Shown here: positions 54,696-63,637 of the stretch, piece after piece
Numbering within the stretch: the stretch's first letter is position 1
How the letters are laid out: every line of letters starts with the position of its first letter
NCBI GenBank assembly: GCA_027023445.1
Contig: JALVVK010000126.1
Location: forward strand, 4,740-68,739
Origin: Deltaproteobacteria bacterium
GTDB taxonomy: Bacteria > Desulfobacterota > Dissulfuribacteria > Dissulfuribacterales > JALVPX01
Direction of reading: 5' to 3'
DNA length: 64,000 nucleotides
Notes under the pieces: generated by a model
Database searches by the model: none
Told to the model about the DNA's origin: nothing
What the model saw: only the letters and a program-made list of their open reading frames with translations
Translations under genes and position numbers: made by a program

Positions 54696-55028
54696 CTATT
54701 TTCCCTCATCCACGAACCTGTATAGAAGCTCGCCGTCTTTTACCCATCCCAGTTTTTTCCTGACGACCTGCTCCTGACAGGATGGATCGGTCATAAGCGC
54801 CTTTATCTCTTTTCGGAGACGGGCATTTTCCTCGTCAAAACGCATATTGGCCATGTAAAGCGCCTTCCTGTCCATTTTTAACATATGCAGCTTCCAGAGG
54901 CCAAACGGGCCGGCCACCCATATTATCAGTAAAAAAAACAGGGTCAGGGAAAGGGCAATGGTTATGGCCCGTCCAGACCTGTCTCCCGGCTTCTGCATTG
55001 ATGATGGCCCCTTGATCCTCATCCTCAA
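54696..55028 (-). CDS. ftsB: Cell division protein FtsB/DivIC (septum formation initiator)
   Basis: The ORF is 110 aa with a single TM segment (ITIALSLTLFFLLIIWVAG). A coiled coil follows (NARLRKEIKAL), and the protein ends with the conserved tail EQVVRKKLGWVKDGELLYRF. Confidence 0.85.
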   Translation of the reverse strand: MRMRIKGPSSMQKPGDRSGRAITIALSLTLFFLLIIWVAGPFGLWKLHMLKMDRKALYMANMRFDEENARLRKEIKALMTDPSCQEQVVRKKLGWVKDGELLYRFVDEGK

Positions 55029-55346
55029 GATTATTCTCCCATAATTGTTACAGAGTAAACATATACTTATAATATGGCACAGGTCAAGCCAGATTTTTAA
55101 AAGAATGGCGTAAAAGGTTACCGCATATTTCCGTTCTTCTTCGGCAGATCACTGAACATCCATGACAAAGCCCTTACCATTGAAACTGCACCTGCACATG
55201 GGAGTACGGCAGTAACAGTATCCGTTACAGGTTCTGTCCACGCCCTTCTCGCATATACAGACTGGCCATAGGCATTTAAAAGCAACATAATCCGGGATAA
55301 AATGCCGGTCAGCATTTTTTCAAAGAAGACTGGTTGCTTGCACTGA

Positions 55347-55904
55347 TTAAGACGGGAAAAGCCATTTTTCCAGATTCCCTGATTCTTCCTGCCACGCGTC
55401 AGGATCCAGGCGTATCTCCATAAAGGCCTTAAAGAGCAGATCCAGGCTTTCACAGGCCCTGAAAAGCATATGCGCCTTTTCTATGGCCCTGGCCTCAAGG
55501 GCGAGGTCGTCATCGGCCTCATCATCATTCGAGCTGATTCCCCGCTTGATTTTTAACGAGGTAATGTCCAGGGTCTTTCCGTCTATTGTAAAGAGCCACT
55601 GGTCATCGTCCCTGCCCATGCGGATACGGGCCCTTGCCACCTTTTTACCGGTTCTCAACCCTGTTTTCGCCTCCAGCAGCTCCGCGGACGGTCCCTGGCA
55701 GGTAACCGATTCCCTGGCGGTTCCCTCCCCGGTATCCAGCACGATGAAGCGTTCAAAGCTGACCGCAAGGTCGCCTTCACCCGGCACATCCACTACTCCT
55801 CCCCGAAGCTCGGTCCTGTACCAGAGCCAGGTGAGAAATTCCCTGCCAATAAAGGCCTTTTCCTGAATCAGTGTAAGCCTGTCCTGTTTTATTTCCATGT
55901 CCAT
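55347..55904 (-). CDS. Hypothetical protein translationally coupled to the RdgC-like gene
   Basis: The ORF is 185 aa and overlaps the upstream gene by 16 nt. It has a notable GREFLTWLWYRTE motif and an acidic stretch (SSNDDEADDDLALE). I could not assign a family. Confidence 0.6.
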   Translation of the reverse strand: MDMEIKQDRLTLIQEKAFIGREFLTWLWYRTELRGGVVDVPGEGDLAVSFERFIVLDTGEGTARESVTCQGPSAELLEAKTGLRTGKKVARARIRMGRDDDQWLFTIDGKTLDITSLKIKRGISSNDDEADDDLALEARAIEKAHMLFRACESLDLLFKAFMEIRLDPDAWQEESGNLEKWLFPS

Positions 55905-56503
55905 GGTCCGATCTTGTTTAAATACATCAGGGATGCGGAATCCTTGAGCAGGCTTGATGCCAGCGTGAATGGTATCACCGGATCAAGCCTTGTGGAAAAG
56001 GTATTGTAAAAAAGCTTCTCAAGCGTCTCCCTTGCCTTGTTCTGACAGGACATGAAGAGAACCGTCCCGTCTGATATATCCATGCACAGGTCGTACGTGT
56101 GCGGGACCGGCAGAACCTTGGCCAGGAGCTGTTGCCTTACCCTTTCCTTGATTTCCAGCCTGACCTTCCTTGAAAGGCGTTTCAGATCTTTTTCCGCCAT
56201 GATCCTGCGCTCTTCAAGCAATACATGTTTTTTCAGCACCGGTTGGGGTATTTTCCTCTCATCGATCCTCATGGACACGACCAGGTAATTCCCAAAAGAT
56301 ATGTCAGGCAGGGCCACCTCACTCTTGAATGGATCTGTGGGAGATACCCAGCCCGTGTTTATTTCCCGGAGGGAGTATTCCATCTCGGAAAAATGGTGCC
56401 TGTTTATGGCCTCTACCGCATGGTTCCAGAAGTTGTCAGGAAGGGGATCAGATACCACGTATCTGCTTATACTTACTGTTGAAGAAAAGAATCCCATAGT
56501 CAC
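55889..56503 (-). CDS. RdgC-like recombination-associated protein (short form)
   Basis: The ORF is 204 aa. It is colinear with the first two thirds of E. coli RdgC as I recall it (GWV.P..., ERKIPQPVLKK...LEERR..., K.LSRK...IKE.V...LL, D...G.V.F.S...KA.E.LE.LF..TF). Confidence 0.6.
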   Translation of the reverse strand: MTMGFFSSTVSISRYVVSDPLPDNFWNHAVEAINRHHFSEMEYSLREINTGWVSPTDPFKSEVALPDISFGNYLVVSMRIDERKIPQPVLKKHVLLEERRIMAEKDLKRLSRKVRLEIKERVRQQLLAKVLPVPHTYDLCMDISDGTVLFMSCQNKARETLEKLFYNTFSTRLDPVIPFTLASSLLKDSASLMYLNKIGPWTWK

Positions 56504-56821
56504 CCGATCAGTGGATATCAGTAGTCATTGATACCCGCCCGCCAGTCATCCATGCTCACGCAGGTCGTCCCGGACAGCAAAAGGATCAATGCCGGGGATT
56601 ATATTAATGTAATCGGCTGATGGATTCTACCGTTTCTTTTCACCGTTCGTAATTTAACCTTCACCATTTTCATGGACGTTTGTTTTAAATATGGTAAAAA
56701 TTCTGCCATGAAATACGTGACGCCCGGGCCGGTTTGCGTGGCTGCGGTGCGCGGGAAATAATCCCAGCCTCTTAATCAGGAAGGCCAAAAAAACAGTTGC
56801 TGGGATAATTCTGGAGATCAT

Positions 56822-57685
56822 ATGGAACTTTGGTACACAGAACATCATACGCCGAACACAGGCCTCACCTTGAAGGTCAGGCAGACCCTGTACGTGGGAA
56901 AATCCGGGTATCAGTCCATCGAGGTCCTGGATACCGTGGATTACGGAAGGGTTCTGCTTCTGGACGGTCTGGTCATGACCACGGACAGGGATGAATATAT
57001 CTACCACGAGATGATAACCCATCCGGCTCTGTTCGTGCATCAGAAGCCTGAAAACGTCCTTGTGATCGGTGGGGGAGACGGCGGCGCCATTCGGGAGACT
57101 GTAAAACACCCTGAGGTCAGCAAGGCGGTTCTCTGCGAGATCGACCCCATGGTGGTGGATGTATCCCGCAGATTTTTCCCCGGCCTGTCAGCAGAACTTG
57201 AAGGTAATCCAAGGGTGGAAGTAAACATTCAGGACGGCATACGCTTCCTTGAGAGTTGTTCCGGCCGCTGGGACGTGATCATGGTGGATTCCACCGATCC
57301 GGTCGGCCCTGCCACAGGACTTTTTGAGGAGGACTTTTTCAGGAAGTGCGCCAACGCCCTGAGGCCAGAAGGAATACTCGTGGCCCAGAGCGAATCACCC
57401 TTTTATCACCTTGAACTGCAGGTAAAAATGAAAAGGGCGCTTTGTGCCGCCGGTTTTTCCTCTGTTTATTTTTACACGGCGCCTGTCCCCACCTATCCAG
57501 GCGGATTCTGGAGCTGGGTAATGGCCGGCAGGGATTACCATCCTTTGAAGGATTTTCATGAGGACAGATTAGAGGGCCTTGCCTCCGGGCTTCGTTACTA
57601 CACACCAGATATACACCGTGCGGCCTTCTGTCTGCCCGCATTTATGAAAAAGGCACTGGAAAGGGATGAGGACAATCAGGTTTAG
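56822..57685 (+). CDS. speE: Polyamine aminopropyltransferase (spermidine synthase)
   Basis: The ORF is 287 aa. The sequence WYTE...YQSIEVLDT..YGRVLLLDG..MTTDRDEYIYHEM..HP...VLVIGGGDGG..RE...DIDP..V...DSTDPVGPA shows canonical SpeE motifs. Confidence 0.93.
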   Translation: MELWYTEHHTPNTGLTLKVRQTLYVGKSGYQSIEVLDTVDYGRVLLLDGLVMTTDRDEYIYHEMITHPALFVHQKPENVLVIGGGDGGAIRETVKHPEVSKAVLCEIDPMVVDVSRRFFPGLSAELEGNPRVEVNIQDGIRFLESCSGRWDVIMVDSTDPVGPATGLFEEDFFRKCANALRPEGILVAQSESPFYHLELQVKMKRALCAAGFSSVYFYTAPVPTYPGGFWSWVMAGRDYHPLKDFHEDRLEGLASGLRYYTPDIHRAAFCLPAFMKKALERDEDNQV

Positions 57686-59510
57686 CGCAAAGGTATCACC
57701 CGGACCAGGCGCTGTGCCGGGCTCGCCAGGGGTCTACCTGTTCAGGGACGGGGACGGAAAGATCCTGTATGTGGGAAAGGCAAAGGATCTTTCAAAAAGG
57801 GTGAGGTCCTATTTTTTACCGGCACATGCCCTTTCTGCCAAGACGGCGCTGATGATGAGCAAGGCGAAGACCTTTGAGTACATCCTCACGGACACGGAAA
57901 AAGAGGCCCTCATACTGGAGGCCACTCTCATAAAGGAACATCGCCCCAAATACAATATCTGTCTTCGGGATGACAAGGCCTATCCCTTTCTGTGCATACA
58001 CACCGGGCATGCCTTCCCGCGGATAAGCATACAGAGAAAAAGGTCCGGCAAGGGGCTTTACATGGGGCCATATCCCTCGGCAAGAGCGGTAAGGGAGACC
58101 CTGCGGTTCGTGTCTGCCGCCTTTGGTCTGAGGACATGCACGGACACCGCCATGAAAAGACGGGGCCGGCCATGCCTGCGCTTCCAGATCAATCTCTGTT
58201 CAGGCCCGTGCGTGGGCGCCATCTCCAGACAGGAATACCAGAGACGGGTGACAGAGGCGGAGATGTTCCTTAGAGGCCGCACCGGATCTTTATTAAGATC
58301 ATTGAAGGTCTCCATGAAAAAGGCGGCGGATCATCTGGAATTCGAAAAGGCGGCCATGCTCCGGGACAGGATCAGGGCGGTGGAAAACGTGCTTGAACGC
58401 CAGAGGGTCTCATCAGGTGTCTCAGGACTCTGGGAGGTGGTTGCCATGGCCGCTGAGGGAGACAGGGCCGCGGTCTCCGTGCTGGGGATAAGGGACGGCG
58501 CCGTGATTTCCCAGGAAGTGCATGTACTTGACGTCCCGGGTGAGGAATCCCATGCCTCGGTGCTGTCCCTGTTCATGCGCCAGCATTATCTCTCCGCCCC
58601 CATACCCGAACTCGTGCTGGTATCCACCGAACCCGATGAACAGGATCTTATTGCCCGCTGGCTCAGCGGACAGGCCGGAAGAAGGGTCAGGATTCACAGG
58701 CCAAGGCGCGGCGCCAGGTTCCAGCTTCTTTCCCTTGGCATGAACAACGCCTGGCACGCCCTCAGGCTGCATGGTGACAGGGAAGATGAATGGGGGCCAG
58801 TCGAGGCTGCACTGAGAAACCTTGTGAACTGGCACGGCAAAGGCAGGCTTGAGCACGTGGAATGCGTGGACATATCAACCACCCAGGGCCGGCATCCCGT
58901 GGGCAGCCTTGTGGCCTTCCGGCGCGGCCGTCCCCTGAAGAAGGCATACAGGCACTACAATATACGGGGAGTGACAGGGATAGATGACTACGCCATGATA
59001 GAGGAGGTCGTCCGGCGCAGGCTTGCCGGCGCGTGCGAAAAGGGTAATCTGCCGGACATGATGGTCATGGACGGAGGGGCGGGCCAGTTGAACAGGGCCA
59101 TAGGCGTGGTAAGGGAGCTCGGCCTTGATGAAAAGGTGGCCCTTGCCTCCCTTGCCAAGGAATCATGTGAAGAGGGGGAGAAGATATATCTGCCAGACAG
59201 AACCGAGCCCCTGCATCTTCCAAGGCACGATCCGGTTCTGCTGTTCATGCAGAGGATAAGGGATGAGGCGCACAGGTTCGGAATCACCTTTCACCGGAAA
59301 AAAAGGACAAGGCAGGGGCTTCAGACCGGGCTTGTCAATGTGAGGGGAGTCGGGCCCGCGCGGCAGCGGGTCCTGCTCAGGCATTTTGGCAGCCTTGCCC
59401 GGCTGAAGAAGGCCTCTGTGGAGGACCTGTCCCGGGTAAAAGGGGTTTCCTCCGTCCTGGCGCGGGCCATCTATCAGCATTTTCACAAAGAGGAACCGGA
59501 CGGATTATGA
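57666..59510 (+). CDS. uvrC: Excinuclease ABC subunit C
   Basis: The ORF is 614 aa. It has a GIY-YIG domain (PGVYLFRDGDGKILYVGKAKDLSKRV), a UVR domain (EFEKAAMLRDRI), an endonuclease V-like domain and a C-terminal (HhH)2. Confidence 0.95.
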   Translation: MRTIRFSAKVSPGPGAVPGSPGVYLFRDGDGKILYVGKAKDLSKRVRSYFLPAHALSAKTALMMSKAKTFEYILTDTEKEALILEATLIKEHRPKYNICLRDDKAYPFLCIHTGHAFPRISIQRKRSGKGLYMGPYPSARAVRETLRFVSAAFGLRTCTDTAMKRRGRPCLRFQINLCSGPCVGAISRQEYQRRVTEAEMFLRGRTGSLLRSLKVSMKKAADHLEFEKAAMLRDRIRAVENVLERQRVSSGVSGLWEVVAMAAEGDRAAVSVLGIRDGAVISQEVHVLDVPGEESHASVLSLFMRQHYLSAPIPELVLVSTEPDEQDLIARWLSGQAGRRVRIHRPRRGARFQLLSLGMNNAWHALRLHGDREDEWGPVEAALRNLVNWHGKGRLEHVECVDISTTQGRHPVGSLVAFRRGRPLKKAYRHYNIRGVTGIDDYAMIEEVVRRRLAGACEKGNLPDMMVMDGGAGQLNRAIGVVRELGLDEKVALASLAKESCEEGEKIYLPDRTEPLHLPRHDPVLLFMQRIRDEAHRFGITFHRKKRTRQGLQTGLVNVRGVGPARQRVLLRHFGSLARLKKASVEDLSRVKGVSSVLARAIYQHFHKEEPDGL

Positions 59511-61291
59511 ACCAGGATCACAACCCTGTAAGGATACTGCCCCAGCACATTGCCAACCAGATCGCTGCAGGAGAGGTGGTGGAACGCCCTGCCTCGGTGG
59601 TAAAGGAACTCCTGGAAAACGCCCTGGATGCCGGGGCGGACAGGATAAGGGTGGATCTTGAGCAGGGCGGCAAGAGGCTTATCCGCGTCTCTGACAATGG
59701 CTGTGGAATGACACGTGGCGATCTTGACCTGTGCGTGGAGCGTCATGCCACGAGCAAGATCGCCTCGGAACAGGATCTATACGCCATCCGTACCCACGGT
59801 TTCCGGGGGGAGGCCATACCCAGCATTGCCGCCGTCTCAAGGCTTACCATTACCTCCCGCACGCGCGAAAGTGATGAGGGGTGGCAGGTACAGGTCTGTT
59901 TCGGCAGGGACAAAAAACTGCGGGCGGTCGGGTGCCCTGTGGGCACCGTGGTCCTGGCAGAGGATCTTTTTCTTGAAATCCCGGCAAGAAGGCGTTTTCT
60001 AAAACAGGACCGCACCGAACTGTCCAGGGCCTCCCAGGTGGTCAAGGTTATGGCCGTGGCCTATCCGGATGTGCTTTTTGAGCTTTATTCCGGGGACAGA
60101 TGCCTGTTTCGTTCAAATCCGGGCGCTGCCATGCCGGGCGCCCTATGGCCCCTTGTGGGCAGGCAGACGGCGGAAAGGCTCTCACCTGTAAGGGCCCGCA
60201 CTCCCGGGCTGAACATGGAAGGCTATATCTCAGGGCCGGAAGACGCGGCCACCAGGTTCAGCAGCTTTTACCTGTTTCTGAACAAAAGATTCATTCAGAG
60301 CAGGCTGGTTTACAAGGCAATATCCCTTGCCCTGAAGGGAACTTACATGAAGGGCAATTACCCGGTGGGAGCGCTGTTTATCGAGATGGATCCGTCCCGA
60401 GTGGATGTCAATGTCCATCCCTCCAAGCAGGAAGTAAGGTTTCATGACGAGGACCAGGTCTTCAGGATGGTGCATTTCGCGATAAAAAGGTCGCTTGAAG
60501 GACAGCCATCTGCCACTGATCCCGCAAACGAGGCGGAAGGGGAAACGGAAGGAAAAATGGGTGGCTTCCGAACACCGCCTGCTCCGGAATCCCGGATCTT
60601 CCGCCCCGGCGCGGTCAGCGTTCCCCTGCCATGGGAGTCGGCAGATTCTGTTGATTCCGCGCCCGAGGCAGCAGAGGCCCCTCAGGCGGCAGAGCCTGAA
60701 CCGGACTACGGCACTTCCACGCTTGAGGGCTTCAGGATAATCGGACAGCTTTCCGGCACATATATCCTGGTGGAAAGTCCGGACGGGCTTTTACTTATAG
60801 ACCAGCACGCGGCTCACGAGGCCATAAATTTCAAAAAATTAATGGAAGCCCGCAAGGCAAAAAAAACCGCACGATTCCAGCTTCTGGCGGTCCCCATGGT
60901 TTTTGAAAGATCCCCCCGCGAGATGGAACGGTTTGCCGCTGCGAAGAAGGTGCTCCTTGAGGTGGGAATTCAGGCAGAAGAATTCGGGCCGGGCGAGATT
61001 GCGATCCGCGCCCTGCCCCCGGATATAGCGGGCAACAAAAAGGCAATTGAAGAAATCCTGTGCAGGGTGATGGAGACCCCTGATTCATGCGCGGTTGAAA
61101 ACGTGGTACACGATCTTCTCGCCACCATCGCCTGCCACAGTTCCGTACGGGCCAGCCAGGCCCTGTCAACACGGGAGATGGAATCCCTTCTCAGAGATCT
61201 TCTCCATGAAGGGGTGACACACTGCCCCCATGGCAGGCCGGTGGCGGTCAATGTATGCTGGAACGAGATCAGGCGGAGATTCGGAAGATGA
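59507..61291 (+). CDS. mutL: DNA mismatch repair protein MutL
   Basis: The start overlaps uvrC as ATGA. It has a GHKL ATPase domain (IAAGEVVERPASVVKELLENALDAG...DNGCGM...RGEAIPSIAAVSR). The C-terminus has an endonuclease-type motif (CPHGRP). Confidence 0.95.
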   Translation: MNQDHNPVRILPQHIANQIAAGEVVERPASVVKELLENALDAGADRIRVDLEQGGKRLIRVSDNGCGMTRGDLDLCVERHATSKIASEQDLYAIRTHGFRGEAIPSIAAVSRLTITSRTRESDEGWQVQVCFGRDKKLRAVGCPVGTVVLAEDLFLEIPARRRFLKQDRTELSRASQVVKVMAVAYPDVLFELYSGDRCLFRSNPGAAMPGALWPLVGRQTAERLSPVRARTPGLNMEGYISGPEDAATRFSSFYLFLNKRFIQSRLVYKAISLALKGTYMKGNYPVGALFIEMDPSRVDVNVHPSKQEVRFHDEDQVFRMVHFAIKRSLEGQPSATDPANEAEGETEGKMGGFRTPPAPESRIFRPGAVSVPLPWESADSVDSAPEAAEAPQAAEPEPDYGTSTLEGFRIIGQLSGTYILVESPDGLLLIDQHAAHEAINFKKLMEARKAKKTARFQLLAVPMVFERSPREMERFAAAKKVLLEVGIQAEEFGPGEIAIRALPPDIAGNKKAIEEILCRVMETPDSCAVENVVHDLLATIACHSSVRASQALSTREMESLLRDLLHEGVTHCPHGRPVAVNVCWNEIRRRFGR

Positions 61292-62229
61292 GCAATCTCC
61301 CGGTCCGCTTTCCATGGGTGGCAATTGCGGGGCCTACCGCCGTGGGCAAAACCGATCTTTCTCTAAGGCTTGCCAGGGAAATAAACGCCGAGATCGTGAA
61401 CTTTGATTCGGTCCAGGTATACAGGGGCCTTGATATCGGCAGCGCCAAACCAACCGCAGAGGAAAGGTCCGAGGTGCCGCATCACCTGATCGATATACTG
61501 GACCCTGATGAACCCTTTGACGCGGCCATGTACGCAAGAAAGGCCAGGGGCGTCATCCGCGGCATCACCAGCCGTGGCAGGACGGTTCTGCTTGTCGGGG
61601 GCACCGGGCTGTACCTGAGGGCATTACTCTCGGGTCTTGCGGCAGGCCCCGGGGCGGATCCAATGGTCAGGGCGTACCTTCGCAGGCTTCTTGAATCCAT
61701 GGGGGCTGCGGCGCTTCACGGCATCCTCATGGAAAGGGACCCTGATGCCGCCCGCTCCATACATCCCAATGATGTCTTCAGGGTGATCAGGGCGCTGGAG
61801 GTATGTGAGCTTACCGGCAGGAGCATGACACAGTGGCGCAGGATGCAAAAAAAAATGGAGACACACACCGCCTTTTGTATAAAGATAGGGCTTGCGCGTC
61901 CAAGGCACGAGCTTTACCAGCGTATCAATTCAAGGGTGGACCAGATGCTTAAGGAAGGCCTTATTGAGGAGGTTGAAAATCTTTTATCCAGGGGATATTC
62001 TCCCAGACTCAAATCACTCCAGGCACTGGGTTACAGGCATATGACCGATTATCTGAAAGGAACATGCCCGCTGGCAGACGCGGCAAGGCTGCTTAAAAGA
62101 GACACCAGACGCTACGCGAAACGACAGATGACGTGGTTTCGCGCCGACAGCGGGTTCAGGTGGTTCCATCCGGACGAACTGCTGCAGGCAGATTCAATCT
62201 GGAGAAGGCTCGCAGGGAAAGGAGCCTGA
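61288..62229 (+). CDS. miaA: tRNA dimethylallyltransferase
   Basis: The ATG at 61288 overlaps the mutL stop as ATGA. MiaA motifs are present (IAGPTAVGKTDLSLRLA...EIVNFDSVQVYRGLDIGSAKPT..E...PHHLID). Confidence 0.93.
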   Translation: MSNLPVRFPWVAIAGPTAVGKTDLSLRLAREINAEIVNFDSVQVYRGLDIGSAKPTAEERSEVPHHLIDILDPDEPFDAAMYARKARGVIRGITSRGRTVLLVGGTGLYLRALLSGLAAGPGADPMVRAYLRRLLESMGAAALHGILMERDPDAARSIHPNDVFRVIRALEVCELTGRSMTQWRRMQKKMETHTAFCIKIGLARPRHELYQRINSRVDQMLKEGLIEEVENLLSRGYSPRLKSLQALGYRHMTDYLKGTCPLADAARLLKRDTRRYAKRQMTWFRADSGFRWFHPDELLQADSIWRRLAGKGA

Positions 62230-62232
62230 ACC

Positions 62233-62778
62233 TTGAACTTTCCCAATCTTCTCACCCTCCTACGGATACTCCTTACCCCGCTTATGGTAATCCTGCTTAT
62301 AGACGGTAAAATTCTTGAGGCGTTCGGGATATTTATCCTGGCAGGCCTTACCGATGCCCTGGACGGTTTCCTGGCAAGACTGCTCAGACAGAAAACCAGG
62401 GTTGGCGCTATCCTCGATCCAATAGCGGACAAACTTCTCCTGAACTCGTCTTACGTGGCACTTTCCATCATGGGCCTTGTCCCGGGATGGCTGGCGGTAG
62501 TGGTCATAAGCAGGGACGTAATCATCGTTTTCGGCGTGTTGCTGCTATTCCTGATTCACGGCGGGGTTGAGATAAAACCCACGCTGCTGGGTAAACTAAC
62601 TACCTTTACCCAGCTTCTTACCATATTCTGCGCGTTCTGGCGCTACGAATACGACCTGATCGCCCCCTTCATGTCTCTGCTGTTCCTGGCAGTAGCCCTC
62701 AGCACCGTTGCCTCGGGCATGCACTACATGGCCCTTGGAATAAGGTATCTGGGGGAGGAGGAACACGGACAGGAATAA
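62233..62778 (+). CDS. pgsA: CDP-diacylglycerol--glycerol-3-phosphate 3-phosphatidyltransferase (CDP-alcohol phosphatidyltransferase family)
   Basis: The ORF is 181 aa with a TTG start. The sequence PNLLTLLRI...DALDGFLAR......G..LDPIADKLL is the signature D-G-x2-A-R...D-x3-D. Confidence 0.85.
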   Translation: MNFPNLLTLLRILLTPLMVILLIDGKILEAFGIFILAGLTDALDGFLARLLRQKTRVGAILDPIADKLLLNSSYVALSIMGLVPGWLAVVVISRDVIIVFGVLLLFLIHGGVEIKPTLLGKLTTFTQLLTIFCAFWRYEYDLIAPFMSLLFLAVALSTVASGMHYMALGIRYLGEEEHGQE

Positions 62779-62803
62779 TAAGCGGAATGGGAGCTCTGTT
62801 TTC

Positions 62804-62874
62804 GGACACAGATAAACACAGACTGCGTACACAGATAAAGAAAAAATCTGCGTGATCCGTGTTCATCTGTGTCC
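62804..62874. repeat. Inverted repeat ggacacagat / atctgtgtcc enclosing three direct ACACAGA units
   Basis: The 10-bp perfect arms lie at 62804-62813 and 62865-62874. ACACAGA occurs at about 62807, 62816 and 62830, and ctgcgt occurs twice. It lies in the gap between convergent genes. Confidence 0.6.
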
Positions 62875-62886
62875 TATCATCCCGGA

Positions 62887-63627
62887 TTATGCCTTTTCTG
62901 TCACCATCTTTATGGCCGCCATGAGTACGTCACGCCTTGTGGGAGCCTTCACGTTTTCCCAGGTTTTCTCATGCGGTGTACATTTCTCAGCCAGCAGATG
63001 CAGATCCTTCTTAGATCCCATGTAATACACGTTGGGCCCGATGTTCACCTCGCTTGAGGTCAGGCGCTTTGCCCCCTTTTCATGCACAAGCTTGTAGACA
63101 TCTGAAGACTTGTCAGACAGATCTCCAAATATGCGGGCGTCCGTGATGCAGGTCTTCACGCACGCTGGCACCTCTCCGTGTTCCACCCTTTCCATGCAAA
63201 AAGTGCATTTGTCCGCCTTGGGGTTATCCAGGTTTTCATTAAGGTATCTGGCACCATAAGGACAAGCCTCCACGCAGGAGCCACATCCGAGGCACCTTTC
63301 CTTGTCAATCAGAACCGCCCCGGTAAAGGGATCCTTGTAGGTGGCCGCGATTTCCATAGTGATCTTTTTCCCTGTCTTGGAATCCGTAAACTCCCTCTTC
63401 ACAGGATCTGCCGGGCAAACCTCCACGCAGACAGGATGATCACAGTGATTGCAAAGCCCGGGATAAAAGGTATATGACATTCCATAGGGCGTTTTGGCAG
63501 GCCCCAGTCTCTTTACCCAGTTTCTTCTATATGGCACAGGAATGTTCCATTCCGCCCTGCAGGCAAGGGCGCATGCATGACATCCCACACAACGGTCAAG
63601 ATCTATTACCATGGCATATTGGCTCAT
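62887..63627 (-). CDS. 4Fe-4S ferredoxin-type subunit of a molybdopterin oxidoreductase (DmsB/PsrB/TtrB-like)
   Basis: The ORF is 246 aa with four Cys clusters (CVGCHACALAC, CNHCDHPVCVEVCP, CLGCGSCVEACP, CTFC...ACVKTC). Confidence 0.9.
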   Translation of the reverse strand: MSQYAMVIDLDRCVGCHACALACRAEWNIPVPYRRNWVKRLGPAKTPYGMSYTFYPGLCNHCDHPVCVEVCPADPVKREFTDSKTGKKITMEIAATYKDPFTGAVLIDKERCLGCGSCVEACPYGARYLNENLDNPKADKCTFCMERVEHGEVPACVKTCITDARIFGDLSDKSSDVYKLVHEKGAKRLTSSEVNIGPNVYYMGSKKDLHLLAEKCTPHEKTWENVKAPTRRDVLMAAIKMVTEKA

Positions 63628-63637
63628 TTGAATCCTC

